Assembly (NCBI GenBank): GCA_964562235.1
Contig: CAZLSV010000014.1
Location: 15,984 to 79,983, forward strand
DNA: 64,000 nucleotides
Reading direction: 5' to 3'
Source of the DNA: an uncultured Desulfatibacillum sp.
Lineage (GTDB): Bacteria > Desulfobacterota > Desulfobacteria > Desulfobacterales > SpSt-501
Below, piece by piece: positions 46,055 to 54,658 of this stretch (within the stretch, counting starts at the first letter, position 1; each line of letters starts with the position of its first letter). Under the pieces are notes generated by a model. The model was not told where the DNA came from. It did not search any database and saw only the letters and a list, made by a program, of their open reading frames with translations. Position numbers and translations under genes: made by a program.

Positions 46055-47095
46055 TCAGCGGCGGATGGTGCGCGCCTGGATGCCCTGCCCCGCCAGCTCG
46101 CGCTGCTGCTCTTCGGCCGCCGCCTGGGTGGGAAAGGCGCCGACCAGCAGCTGGGTGTCGCCCCCCGCGCTTTTGACGATGTAGGGGAACAGGCCTCTCC
46201 GGGACAAGCGGCCGGCCGCCTCGACCGCCTCCCGCTCAGAGGGATAGTCGCCGAGATGATTGGCGAAGGGGGTCTTGACGACCGCCGCCTCATCGAGTTT
46301 CATGGCTTTTTTGGCCTGGAGCGCATCCTCCAGGCTGCGGTAGTGACCGATGAGGGTCCGCCACCACTTGCCCTTATCGCCGAGATCCGTGTGGACGATG
46401 TAAGGTGCAAGCCCCTGGCGCTGGTAGCCGGGCAGCGTCGACAACGCGCTCTCACGACCGCGGTTGCTCGAAAGAAGAAGCGACAACGGGTAGACGCCGC
46501 GCTCGCTCTTTGGCGGCTTGACGACGGTCTTAGCCGGTTCGGGCTTCTTCGGCGGAACCGGCGCGGCCTGCGCCACGGGGGGTGTCGGCAAAACGGCCGG
46601 TGCAGACGCGGCGGCCGGGGGGGCGGTGGCCGCCGGCGAGGGTTCAGCGGGCTTCGCTTCGATCGGCTTTTCCGGGATCCCTTTCAGGGCCTCCGACGCG
46701 GGAGGGGTCGACGCGACCGCCGGGGCTGGCTCCGTCGCCAGGGGTTGGGGTTCCTTGGGTGTCTCCGGCACAGCGGCCACCGGCGCGGGGGCCGGCGCCG
46801 GAACGGCCGGCGGCGGCTCCACTTTCGGAGCCGGCGGCGGCATCGGGGGCAGTTTTTTGCGGATGACAGCGGGCGGCTGCCCCGCGGCGGCATGGGCTTC
46901 GCTCGCCACGGATCCTGAGATCTTCTTGGTGACGACGACCGACTGCGGCTGCAGGGTGGGGGGCTTGGCGTCCCCCCGACGGGCGGTACGCGTGCCCTGC
47001 ATGAGCATGCCGGCATGCCAGAGCAGTCCAAGAACCAGCAGGATCATCACCCCTGCGATCAGGAAAAGCCTTTTCTTGCGCTGCGAGGAGACCAT
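46055..47095 (-). CDS. SPOR-domain (peptidoglycan-binding) membrane protein with a Pro/Ala-rich linker
   Basis: N-terminal TM (LFLIAGVMILLVLGLLW), a long P/A-rich low-complexity region, and two C-terminal SPOR-like repeats (YPLSLLLSSNRGRESAL..; ..YIVKSAGGDTQLLVGAFPTQAAAE). Confidence 0.7.
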   Translation of the reverse strand: MVSSQRKKRLFLIAGVMILLVLGLLWHAGMLMQGTRTARRGDAKPPTLQPQSVVVTKKISGSVASEAHAAAGQPPAVIRKKLPPMPPPAPKVEPPPAVPAPAPAPVAAVPETPKEPQPLATEPAPAVASTPPASEALKGIPEKPIEAKPAEPSPAATAPPAAASAPAVLPTPPVAQAAPVPPKKPEPAKTVVKPPKSERGVYPLSLLLSSNRGRESALSTLPGYQRQGLAPYIVHTDLGDKGKWWRTLIGHYRSLEDALQAKKAMKLDEAAVVKTPFANHLGDYPSEREAVEAAGRLSRRGLFPYIVKSAGGDTQLLVGAFPTQAAAEEQQRELAGQGIQARTIRR

Positions 47096-47319
47096 ATGTC
47101 GGCCCTTTTTTGTTACAAGTGGGGTTGAACCATGGGAGGGCGAAAACGCTTATGCTTCATATTTATACCTCAAGACCGTTGAAAGGTAAAGCAAAAGCCC
47201 GCCGGCATGCACCAGGGTCTTGGTTGCGTTCGGCGGAAGTCTGTTTTTGACAACCCGGATGTGGTAATTAGATTTAAGCGTTTAAATTTACCGCCGCGAC
47301 AAGGTTCAGACGACTTCAC

Positions 47320-49416
47320 ATGCGCGTAATTGAGACAATCAAAGTGGGCCGGACGGCTCGGGCGTTAATTCTCGGTCTCGCGCTGATGGCCGGGACGGCC
47401 GCCGGGGCGTCCGCCGCCGCGCTGGAGGTCGAGCACCGGCTCGACGTCGAACTGATCCCGGCCGCCCACATCCTCGCGGGGCGGGATGCGCTTCACATCC
47501 GCGTCGACGACCGCCGCAAACTGGTGTTCGCGCTTTCCGAGCGGGTCGCCCAACTGCGGGTCGAGGTGGAAGGCCAGCCGCGAACCTTCAAGTTCACGAA
47601 CTCGGAGCTCGAGGTCCCGCTGGAGCCGGATGAACGCCACCGCATCATCGATGTGGTCATCACTTATGAAGCGAGTTTCAACGATCCCGTGCCGACGACG
47701 CCCGTGAACAGCGACAATCCCGGTTTCGGCGTCACCGCCTCCATAACCCCGACCGGCACCTTTCTGCTGGCCGGGGCCGGATGGTATCCGGACCTGATCG
47801 ACGGCCGCGACACCTTCCCCCGGCTGCGGGTGAAGGCACCGGAGGGGGTTCTGGCCGTAACGTCCGGGCTCGGCCTCGGCCACACCACGCAGGATGGGGC
47901 CACGTATTCGGAGTGGCGGATCGACAACCCGCTGCGGGGCCTCGCCCTCTCCGCCGCGGCCTATGTGGTTCAGGAAAAAAAGGTCGGAGACGTTGTCGCC
48001 GCCACCTATTTTCTCCCCCACCACCAGGACCTGTCCGCCGCCTATATCGATGCAATCGCAGCCCACCTTAAACTCTATTCGGAACTCTTCGGGCCTTACC
48101 CGTTTCCGAAATTCGCGGTGGTGGAAAACTTTTTCCCCACCGGCTACGGTTTCCCCTCTTACACGCTTCTCGGGGGCAGCCTCCTGCGATTGCCCTTCAT
48201 CCTGAGCACCAGCCTCGGGCACGAAATCGCCCACTGCTGGTGGGGAAACGGCGTATTTGTCGATTACGAACGCGGCAATTGGAGCGAAGCCCTCGCCACC
48301 TACGTGTCGGACTATCTGTTCAAGGAACGGGAGTCGGCGGCCGCCGCCAGGGACTTCCGGCTCCAGGCCCTGCGCAACTTCAGCACGCTGGTCTCCCCGG
48401 CCAAGGATTTCCCCCTCGCGCGCTTCACCGGCCGCGTGGACACGGCCACCAAGGCCGTGGGTTACGACAAGGGGATGATGGTCTTTCACATGCTCCGAAC
48501 GGCCGTCGGGGATGAGGCCTTCTGGGGGGCGCTGCGCGACGTCTACCGCGAACGGCTCTTCCAGCCGACCTCATGGGACGACCTGCGCCGCGCGTTTGAA
48601 TCGAAATCCCAGCGCCCCCTCGATGCCTTCTTCGACCAGTGGGTGGAACGCAAGGGGGCGCCGCGCGTCCGCCTCGCGGACGTCCAGCGCGACCGGGCGG
48701 CCGAGGATTGGAAGGTCACCGGCCGCCTGGTGCAGGAGAAGCCGTTTTTCCAGGCCGAATTCGAGCTTGCCCTGGATGGCGCTTCCCGACAGATTTCCCG
48801 GCGTGTCGAGATCTCAGGGGCATCCACCGCCTTCGATATCGCCGCCGTTTCCGAACCAACGCAGATCGTCGTCGACCCGGATTACCACATCCTGCGCCGG
48901 CTCGACCCGTCCGAGATTCCGCCGACGGTCAACGCCCTGAAAAGCTCGCCGTCCACCCTTCTGGTCCTTTGCGACCCCGCGGCCGAAAGCGGGCCGAAGG
49001 TGGCGGAGACGCTGGCCGGGTCTCTCGGCCTGCGCAACTACGCCGTCGTGGCGGAAGCCCAGGCGGACGCCAGCCGCTTCAAAGGCCAGGACGTCATCCT
49101 CGTGGGCTACCCGCGCACGGTCGAATGGCTGAGCACGATGCCCGCCTCCCGGCACCTGTCCAAAGAGGAAGGCCGCCGGGGGGGCGCACCGGGCGCCACC
49201 GCCGACGACGTATTTTTAGGGGTTTTCCCCAACCCGTACGAGCCCGGCCGGGTTCTGGCCGTTTTGCACCCGCTGGCCTCGCCCGACGCGGCAAAGGTGG
49301 CCGCCAAGATCACGCACTACGGCCGCTACAGCTATCTCGTATTTCGCGACGGCCAGAACCACGAAAAAGGCGCATGGGAGCCGGCCGATTCGCCGGTGGG
49401 GTATCGATGGAAATGA
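47320..49416 (+). CDS. M1-family zinc metallopeptidase (aminopeptidase N-like), exported
   Basis: It has a gluzincin motif, HEIAHCWWGN, with the third ligand E exactly 18 residues after the second His (NWSEALATY). The N-terminus is signal-like. Confidence 0.8.
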   Translation: MRVIETIKVGRTARALILGLALMAGTAAGASAAALEVEHRLDVELIPAAHILAGRDALHIRVDDRRKLVFALSERVAQLRVEVEGQPRTFKFTNSELEVPLEPDERHRIIDVVITYEASFNDPVPTTPVNSDNPGFGVTASITPTGTFLLAGAGWYPDLIDGRDTFPRLRVKAPEGVLAVTSGLGLGHTTQDGATYSEWRIDNPLRGLALSAAAYVVQEKKVGDVVAATYFLPHHQDLSAAYIDAIAAHLKLYSELFGPYPFPKFAVVENFFPTGYGFPSYTLLGGSLLRLPFILSTSLGHEIAHCWWGNGVFVDYERGNWSEALATYVSDYLFKERESAAAARDFRLQALRNFSTLVSPAKDFPLARFTGRVDTATKAVGYDKGMMVFHMLRTAVGDEAFWGALRDVYRERLFQPTSWDDLRRAFESKSQRPLDAFFDQWVERKGAPRVRLADVQRDRAAEDWKVTGRLVQEKPFFQAEFELALDGASRQISRRVEISGASTAFDIAAVSEPTQIVVDPDYHILRRLDPSEIPPTVNALKSSPSTLLVLCDPAAESGPKVAETLAGSLGLRNYAVVAEAQADASRFKGQDVILVGYPRTVEWLSTMPASRHLSKEEGRRGGAPGATADDVFLGVFPNPYEPGRVLAVLHPLASPDAAKVAAKITHYGRYSYLVFRDGQNHEKGAWEPADSPVGYRWK

Positions 49417-50258
49417 AGCCCGGACACCTGATCTTGGCCCTCTGGATCCTGTTCGCCGCCGGTTCGCCGCCGGCCCGAGCCGCGGACCCGCTCGTCTACG
49501 ACCTTCGGCAGGGCCGCCGCCTGGCGCTCTCCGAACTGGCGCCGGAGCTGCGCCAGAACCGCATCGTCGTCGTCGGCGAGCAGCATACGGACGAGGAGCA
49601 CCACCGGGCGCAGCTCAAGGTGATTCAGGCCCTCGTGCAGTCCGGCGCCCGTGTCGCTGTCGGCCTGGAGATGTTTCGCAGGGACAGCCAGCAGACGCTC
49701 GACCGCTGGACGGCCGGCAAGATCGGCCCGCGGGAGTTCGAAGCGGCTTACTACGACAACTGGAACTACCCCTGGGACGCCTACCGCGCCATTTTCGAAT
49801 ACGCCCGCGGCCAGGAAATCCCGATGATCGGCCTCAACGTTTCGCGGGACGTCACGCGCCAGGTGGCGCGCGGCGGCTTCCAGTCCCTCACCGAGGCGCA
49901 GCGGGGTCAGCTCCCGGAGGTGACCTGCAGCATCGACGAGGAGTACATGCGCTACATCCGCAGCGTCTACGGCGCGCACGCGCACGGAAACATGAATTTC
50001 AATTTTTTCTGCGAGGCCCAGATGATTTGGGATGTGGCCATGGCCGTTCACGCGCTGGACTATCTCAAGGCGAACCCTGATGCCACGGTGGTGATCCTGA
50101 CCGGCGTGGGCCACGCTCAGAAAGGCGCCGTGCCCCGCCAGATCCGTTTGCGCTCTCCCGTGCCGGTCGCGGTCATGCTGCCGGAAGTCCCCGGCAGCAT
50201 CGATCCCCGAACGGTCGATGCACAGGACGCCGACTATCTCTTGCTGGGTGCGAAATGA
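49407..50258 (+). CDS. ChaN-like (haem-binding uptake / Tiki superfamily) periplasmic protein
   Basis: The ATG at 49407 (or 49413) gives a signal peptide followed by RIVVVGEQHTDEEHHRAQLKVIQAL..VAVGLEMF, the ChaN-type pattern. The upstream part of ORF 48639..50258 is an alternate frame of the M1 peptidase gene. Confidence 0.55.
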   Translation: MEMKPGHLILALWILFAAGSPPARAADPLVYDLRQGRRLALSELAPELRQNRIVVVGEQHTDEEHHRAQLKVIQALVQSGARVAVGLEMFRRDSQQTLDRWTAGKIGPREFEAAYYDNWNYPWDAYRAIFEYARGQEIPMIGLNVSRDVTRQVARGGFQSLTEAQRGQLPEVTCSIDEEYMRYIRSVYGAHAHGNMNFNFFCEAQMIWDVAMAVHALDYLKANPDATVVILTGVGHAQKGAVPRQIRLRSPVPVAVMLPEVPGSIDPRTVDAQDADYLLLGAK

Positions 50259-50815
50259 AATTCTGCAGCAGCTGCGGCCATGGCCTTCACCTCGCCATCC
50301 CGCCGGGCGATGATCGGGTCCGCTACGTTTGCAAGGCCTGCGGGACCGTTCACTATCAAAACCCGCGGGTGGTGGTCGGGTGCATACCGGCGCACGAAAG
50401 CCGTGTGCTGCTCTGCCGCCGGGCGATCGAACCCCGCCACGGGTTGTGGACGCTGCCGGCCGGCTATCTGGAGAACGGAGAGACCCTGGCGGCCGGTGCC
50501 GAACGCGAGACCCGCGAAGAGGCGGGGGCGCGCATCGAAGAGATGGTTCCGTATCTCATGTTCAACATCTGCCACATCAGCCAGATCTACCTGATGTTCA
50601 GGGCCCGGTTGAGGAACCTGGACTTCGCCGCCGGACCGGAGAGCCTGGAGGTGAAGCTGTTCGCGGAGGAAGAGATCCCCTGGGACCGAATCGCCTTCAG
50701 GGTCATCTCCGAAACCCTGAAGGCCTACTGGAAAGATCGCCGCCGGGGATCGTTCCCGTTTGCCGTCGGCGACATAGCACTGCTGCCGGAAATGGGCGTT
50801 CCACCACGGCGATGA
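50255..50815 (+). CDS. NUDIX hydrolase with an N-terminal zinc ribbon
   Basis: There is an ATGA overlap with the upstream gene. The zinc ribbon is CSSCG..CKACG. The Nudix box is GYLENGETLAAGAERETREEAGA. Confidence 0.8.
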   Translation: MKFCSSCGHGLHLAIPPGDDRVRYVCKACGTVHYQNPRVVVGCIPAHESRVLLCRRAIEPRHGLWTLPAGYLENGETLAAGAERETREEAGARIEEMVPYLMFNICHISQIYLMFRARLRNLDFAAGPESLEVKLFAEEEIPWDRIAFRVISETLKAYWKDRRRGSFPFAVGDIALLPEMGVPPRR

Positions 50816-50837
50816 CCGACCTGGAGGCCGCAAAACG

Positions 50838-51581
50838 ATGATGAACGGAAGACCAACATCCCGATGGCGCCGGCCGGCTCGCCGGGCCGCAACGGTCCTG
50901 TGCGCATGCCTGTTTCAGTTCATCCTGTCCTGCGGAGACGGCGGGGAACCGGCCGGCCGCCCCGCGCCCCGGACCGGACCGGAGAGCTTCACTTTTTTCG
51001 ACGTCGGACGTAACTCGGTGTTTTCCGATAACACCCGCCGCCTTCTGGCCGAAGGGCTGGGAAACGACGCCATCGAGCGCCGCAGCATCATCGACCTGGA
51101 AATCAACTACCCGGGGTTTCTGATCGACCACCTGCCGGAACTCGATGCCCTGAACCGGCAGTTCAACCACCCGCCGGGCGAGCGCGTCGAACACGACGTG
51201 ATCCGGCTCATGTACCGCTACGCCCGCGGCAAGAACTCACCATTTGATTTTGTGGAGCTGATCTTTGACGGGGCCTCGGGCAGCCCCTTGGTGTTCAACA
51301 TGCGTTTCAAGGTCGACGGGGCCGGCGCGGTCGAGTCGCTGCGCACGAAATACGGCCCGCCGGACCGCGTTCACTGGAAAAGTGCAAACGGGGAATCCTT
51401 TGTGTGGCGCAAGGAGCGCGATGTGCTGGCGGTCTCCCTGGTGCCGGACCAGTTCGGTGAGCCGGTCTATCACATCAACCTGTATTTCACCGACAACCTG
51501 AAACGCCTGATCGCCGCCGAGCAGGCCCTGAAAGAACCGACGTCGAGGGGAAAATCGCAATCCAAGAGATTCGCTTTTTGA
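50838..51581 (+). CDS. Hypothetical lipoprotein
   Basis: The Arg-rich N-region is followed by VLCACLFQFILSCGDGG (a lipobox-like ILSC). No recognisable domain. Confidence 0.45.
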   Translation: MMNGRPTSRWRRPARRAATVLCACLFQFILSCGDGGEPAGRPAPRTGPESFTFFDVGRNSVFSDNTRRLLAEGLGNDAIERRSIIDLEINYPGFLIDHLPELDALNRQFNHPPGERVEHDVIRLMYRYARGKNSPFDFVELIFDGASGSPLVFNMRFKVDGAGAVESLRTKYGPPDRVHWKSANGESFVWRKERDVLAVSLVPDQFGEPVYHINLYFTDNLKRLIAAEQALKEPTSRGKSQSKRFAF

Positions 51582-51649
51582 CGCCCTGCCCCGGGAATGG
51601 ATTCCTTTTTCCGAACCCGGCGGTTCTTTCTTTGTGGCCACCGTCAAGT

Positions 51650-52507
51650 ATGATAAGATGCCGAAAAATGAAAACGACGCAGTGCGCCGTGCCGGTTCGG
51701 CGATCCGGGTTTGTTTCGAGGCTTCTTGAACGCCTGATTCAGCTCGTGGGCGTGATGGGGTTCTGGAAAGGCTATTCCGCCCGCCGTCTGGCCAAGGTCA
51801 TCGAAGCCCACCAGCTGTGGTTCAGCTCCCGCCAGAAGCAGGGCAGCCGGGCCATCCTGAGCGACGCCCACCTGAAAGGCGTGAACCTGGCGGAAACCGA
51901 CCTGCGCGGCGCGGATCTGAGCCGGGCCAGTCTGAACCTGAGCCTCATGAACATGGCCGACCTCCGGGAGGCCGACTTGAGCAGCGCGAATCTGCAGAAA
52001 GCCCAAATGCGCGACACCGACCTGCGCGAAGCCAACCTGAGCCAGGCCCACCTGGCCGATGCGGATCTGACCCGTTCCAACCTGATCATGGCCAACCTCA
52101 GCCGGGCCATGATGGAAGGGTGCATCCTGAGAGAGGCCAATCTCTTCCGCGCCTACCTCAAGGGGACCGACCTCGGCCGCGCCGACCTGCGGGGGGCCGA
52201 CCTGCGGGAGACCAATTTGAGCCAGACGGACCTGCGCAACGCCGATTTGAGCCATGCCAACCTGATAATGGCCAACCTGAGTCTGGCCAACCTGAACACG
52301 GCGGACCTCAAGCACGCCAACCTTTTTCGGACCTATCTCCGCCGGGCGGACCTGCAGCGCGCCGACCTGCGGGGCGCGGATCTGTCCGGGACCAACCTGC
52401 GCGAGGCCAACCTGAAGGGCGCGTTGCTCGACCCCGATCAACTGGCGTCGGCCATCCTCGACGAGACCACCGTCCTGCCGGACGGGTCCAACCCGAAGAA
52501 CAACTGA
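51650..52507 (+). CDS. Pentapeptide-repeat protein
   Basis: About 35 consecutive A(D/N)LxX pentapeptides (..AHLKGVNLAETDLRGADLSRASLNLSLMNMADLREADLSSANL..). The start is ATG 51650 or 51668. Confidence 0.8.
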   Translation: MIRCRKMKTTQCAVPVRRSGFVSRLLERLIQLVGVMGFWKGYSARRLAKVIEAHQLWFSSRQKQGSRAILSDAHLKGVNLAETDLRGADLSRASLNLSLMNMADLREADLSSANLQKAQMRDTDLREANLSQAHLADADLTRSNLIMANLSRAMMEGCILREANLFRAYLKGTDLGRADLRGADLRETNLSQTDLRNADLSHANLIMANLSLANLNTADLKHANLFRTYLRRADLQRADLRGADLSGTNLREANLKGALLDPDQLASAILDETTVLPDGSNPKNN

Positions 52508-52523
52508 GAAAGACCTGGACCCA

Positions 52524-53033
52524 GTGAAACCCAATATATACCAAGGCTATTTCCCCGGAGTGGTGGGAGAGATCACCGCGGCGCACGCCGTCTACTATCA
52601 CACCCACTGGGGGTTCGATGTCCGCTTTGAAACCCAGGTGGCGCGGGAGCTTTCCGAATTCGTCACCGGCTTCGACCCCGACCGCGACGGTCTGTGGACA
52701 GCCCGGTGGGAGGGCCGCTTTGCCGGCTCCATCGCGATGGACGGCCGCGACGCCAAGACCGCCGGAGCCCGGCTGAGATGGTTTATCGTGGACCCGGAAT
52801 TCCAAGGCGGCGGCACCGGCATCCGGCTGCTCCAGCGGGCCGTGAGGTTTTGCCGGGAGCGGGGTTATCCAAACATTTACCTGTGGACCTTCGAAGGCCT
52901 GACGGCCGCGCGGCGTATTTATGAAAAAGCGGGATTTTCATTGTGTGAAGAAAAAACGGTGGCCCCATGGGGTCCGTCCATTCGTGAACAGCGGTTTGAA
53001 ATAAATCCCAACCAAGGAAAGGAAAAACAATGA
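52524..53033 (+). CDS. GNAT-family N-acetyltransferase
   Basis: GTG start. The acetyl-CoA-binding motif is WFIVDPEFQGGGTGIRLLQRAVRF. Confidence 0.7.
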   Translation: MKPNIYQGYFPGVVGEITAAHAVYYHTHWGFDVRFETQVARELSEFVTGFDPDRDGLWTARWEGRFAGSIAMDGRDAKTAGARLRWFIVDPEFQGGGTGIRLLQRAVRFCRERGYPNIYLWTFEGLTAARRIYEKAGFSLCEEKTVAPWGPSIREQRFEINPNQGKEKQ

Positions 53034-53740
53034 AAAACGTAATGGCAGTTCTAATGGTAGCGGTGACGCTTCTCTTTTTCCTGGCATGCTCCGCCGACAA
53101 GCCAGAGCCCAAGGCGCCCGAGATTACGACCTTCGAACAAAAGATCAGCTACGTGTTCGGCCGGGAAATCGGCCAAAGCTTCCAGGAAGCACCGACCAAG
53201 GTCGATCTGGATGCCTTCATGCGCGGCATTCAGGATGCCATGAACAAACGCCCCACCCTCATCAGCGCCGAGGAAGAAGAGAAGGCCAAGATGGAATTCT
53301 CGGCTAAAATGCAGGAAGAGCAGGCCAAGCGCGCGGCGGCGGCCGCCGAAAAGAACCTCAAGGACGAAGAGGGCTTCCTGGCCAAAAACAAATCCGAACA
53401 GGGAGTGGTGACCACGGCGAGCGGGCTGCAGTACCAGGTGATCCAGGAAGGCACGGGGGACACCCTCAAGGAAACCGACCGGGTGAAGGTTCATTACCGC
53501 GGCACCCTGATCGACGGAACCGAATTCGACAGCTCCTACAGCCGCAACGAGCCGGCGGAGTTCGAAGTCGGCGGCGTCATTCCGGGCTGGACCGAGGGGT
53601 TGCAGCTCATGAAGGTCGGCGGCAAGTACCGCCTCTGGGTCCCCTCGAAGCTCGCCTACGGCGCGCGCGGGGCCGGCCGGGTGATCGGGCCGAACACCCT
53701 GTTGATCTTCGAGGTGGAACCGCTGGAGGTTGCGAAGTGA
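53030..53740 (+). CDS. FKBP-type peptidyl-prolyl isomerase (FkpA/Mip-like), probable lipoprotein
   Basis: There is an ATGA overlap with the GNAT gene. It has the signal plus FLAC, a helical dimerisation region, and the FKBP core VHYRGTLIDGTEFDSSY..GVIPGWTEGLQLMKVGGKYRLWVPSKLAYG. Confidence 0.85.
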   Translation: MKNVMAVLMVAVTLLFFLACSADKPEPKAPEITTFEQKISYVFGREIGQSFQEAPTKVDLDAFMRGIQDAMNKRPTLISAEEEEKAKMEFSAKMQEEQAKRAAAAAEKNLKDEEGFLAKNKSEQGVVTTASGLQYQVIQEGTGDTLKETDRVKVHYRGTLIDGTEFDSSYSRNEPAEFEVGGVIPGWTEGLQLMKVGGKYRLWVPSKLAYGARGAGRVIGPNTLLIFEVEPLEVAK

Positions 53741-53825
53741 CCCGATTCCTTGCAATGTGTCAAAAAGTGACTAGATTCTCGGCAACCTAAACCCAAATGG
53801 AAGTTCGGCAAAAGGAGGCCCGCCC

Positions 53826-54248
53826 ATGAAAGAGAAGCGCAATTTGCACTTGAAAGTCCAGGAGCTTTGCGATTGCTACGCCACCACCGATCCCTTGAAG
53901 GAGATGTCCGTCGTGGCCAAGGACAAGGACCAGGAGGAAGCCGCCCTCAAGTGGCTGGCCCTGGCGGCGCTGCACGGCGTCACCGACAACGCCAAGGAGA
54001 TCACTATCCGGCGGAACAAAAAAGGCGAGGTCAAGGTGCTGGCCAAATACCGCAAAGCCGAGCTGCCCTCCCCGGGCGCCGACGTCGGCCAGAAGATCAT
54101 GGCCGCCGTCCGCGACATCACCCACATCGAGGGCGACAAGGGCAAGACCCTTCTGGCGTTGGGAATGCGCAACGACAGCCTGGAGCTGAAGGTCAAAATC
54201 AAGGTGCAGGGCGCGCACGAGAAAGTCCGGATCGAATTTCCCAAATAA
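53826..54248 (+). CDS. Hypothetical 140-aa protein
   Basis: AAAGGAGG precedes the ATG at 53826 and a strong terminator hairpin follows. No motif I can name. Confidence 0.5.
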   Translation: MKEKRNLHLKVQELCDCYATTDPLKEMSVVAKDKDQEEAALKWLALAALHGVTDNAKEITIRRNKKGEVKVLAKYRKAELPSPGADVGQKIMAAVRDITHIEGDKGKTLLALGMRNDSLELKVKIKVQGAHEKVRIEFPK

Positions 54249-54266
54249 ACGGGAATCACCCACAAG

Positions 54267-54305
54267 ACAGAAAGGGGGCCGAACTGCCAAAGGCCCCCTT
54301 TCTGT
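54267..54305 (+). terminator. Terminator-like hairpin
   Basis: ACAGAAAGGGGGCC (54267-54280) pairs with GGCCCCCTTTCTGT (54292-54305) around an 11-nt loop. The T-tract after the stem is weak. Confidence 0.5.
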
Positions 54306-54658
54306 TCCCATTCGCCTAAGCATGCGCGCTCCCCCCGGCCATACATCCCGCTGCCCTCCGGAAGATCCTGTTGATCGCAGCGCACATCTGGTATAAAAAA
54401 GGCGGACCGCCGGATGTCCGGAGGACGGATGATTCGGCCGGCGAGGGTATGCCGGGTTCGGCCGCTCCGCCTCTACGCGAGATCCGGAATTTGGGCATAA
54501 TTATCAAGGGTTGCATATTTGTATAGACACGGCCCCCTTCCCTCCCCCTTCCCGACACCCCCAGGACTGGCGGAGAGGGGGCCGCTCTCGGTCCATACGA
54601 TTACGAGACGATTAATAACCATCGGATTAACAATAGCGTTTAACAGGAGAACCACGGC

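Noticed and set aside
46500-46900. A highly repetitive GC-rich stretch that might have been a tandem DNA repeat or VNTR.
   Set aside because: It is the Pro/Ala-rich low-complexity linker of the SPOR-domain protein (PAPAPVAAVPETPKEPQPLATEPAPAV..). No exact nucleotide tandem unit was seen.
51800-52450. A 15-nt periodicity that could be mistaken for a CRISPR-like or satellite array.
   Set aside because: The periodicity is explained by the pentapeptide-repeat coding sequence. There is no repeat-spacer organisation, and no CRISPR array or cas gene was seen anywhere in the window.
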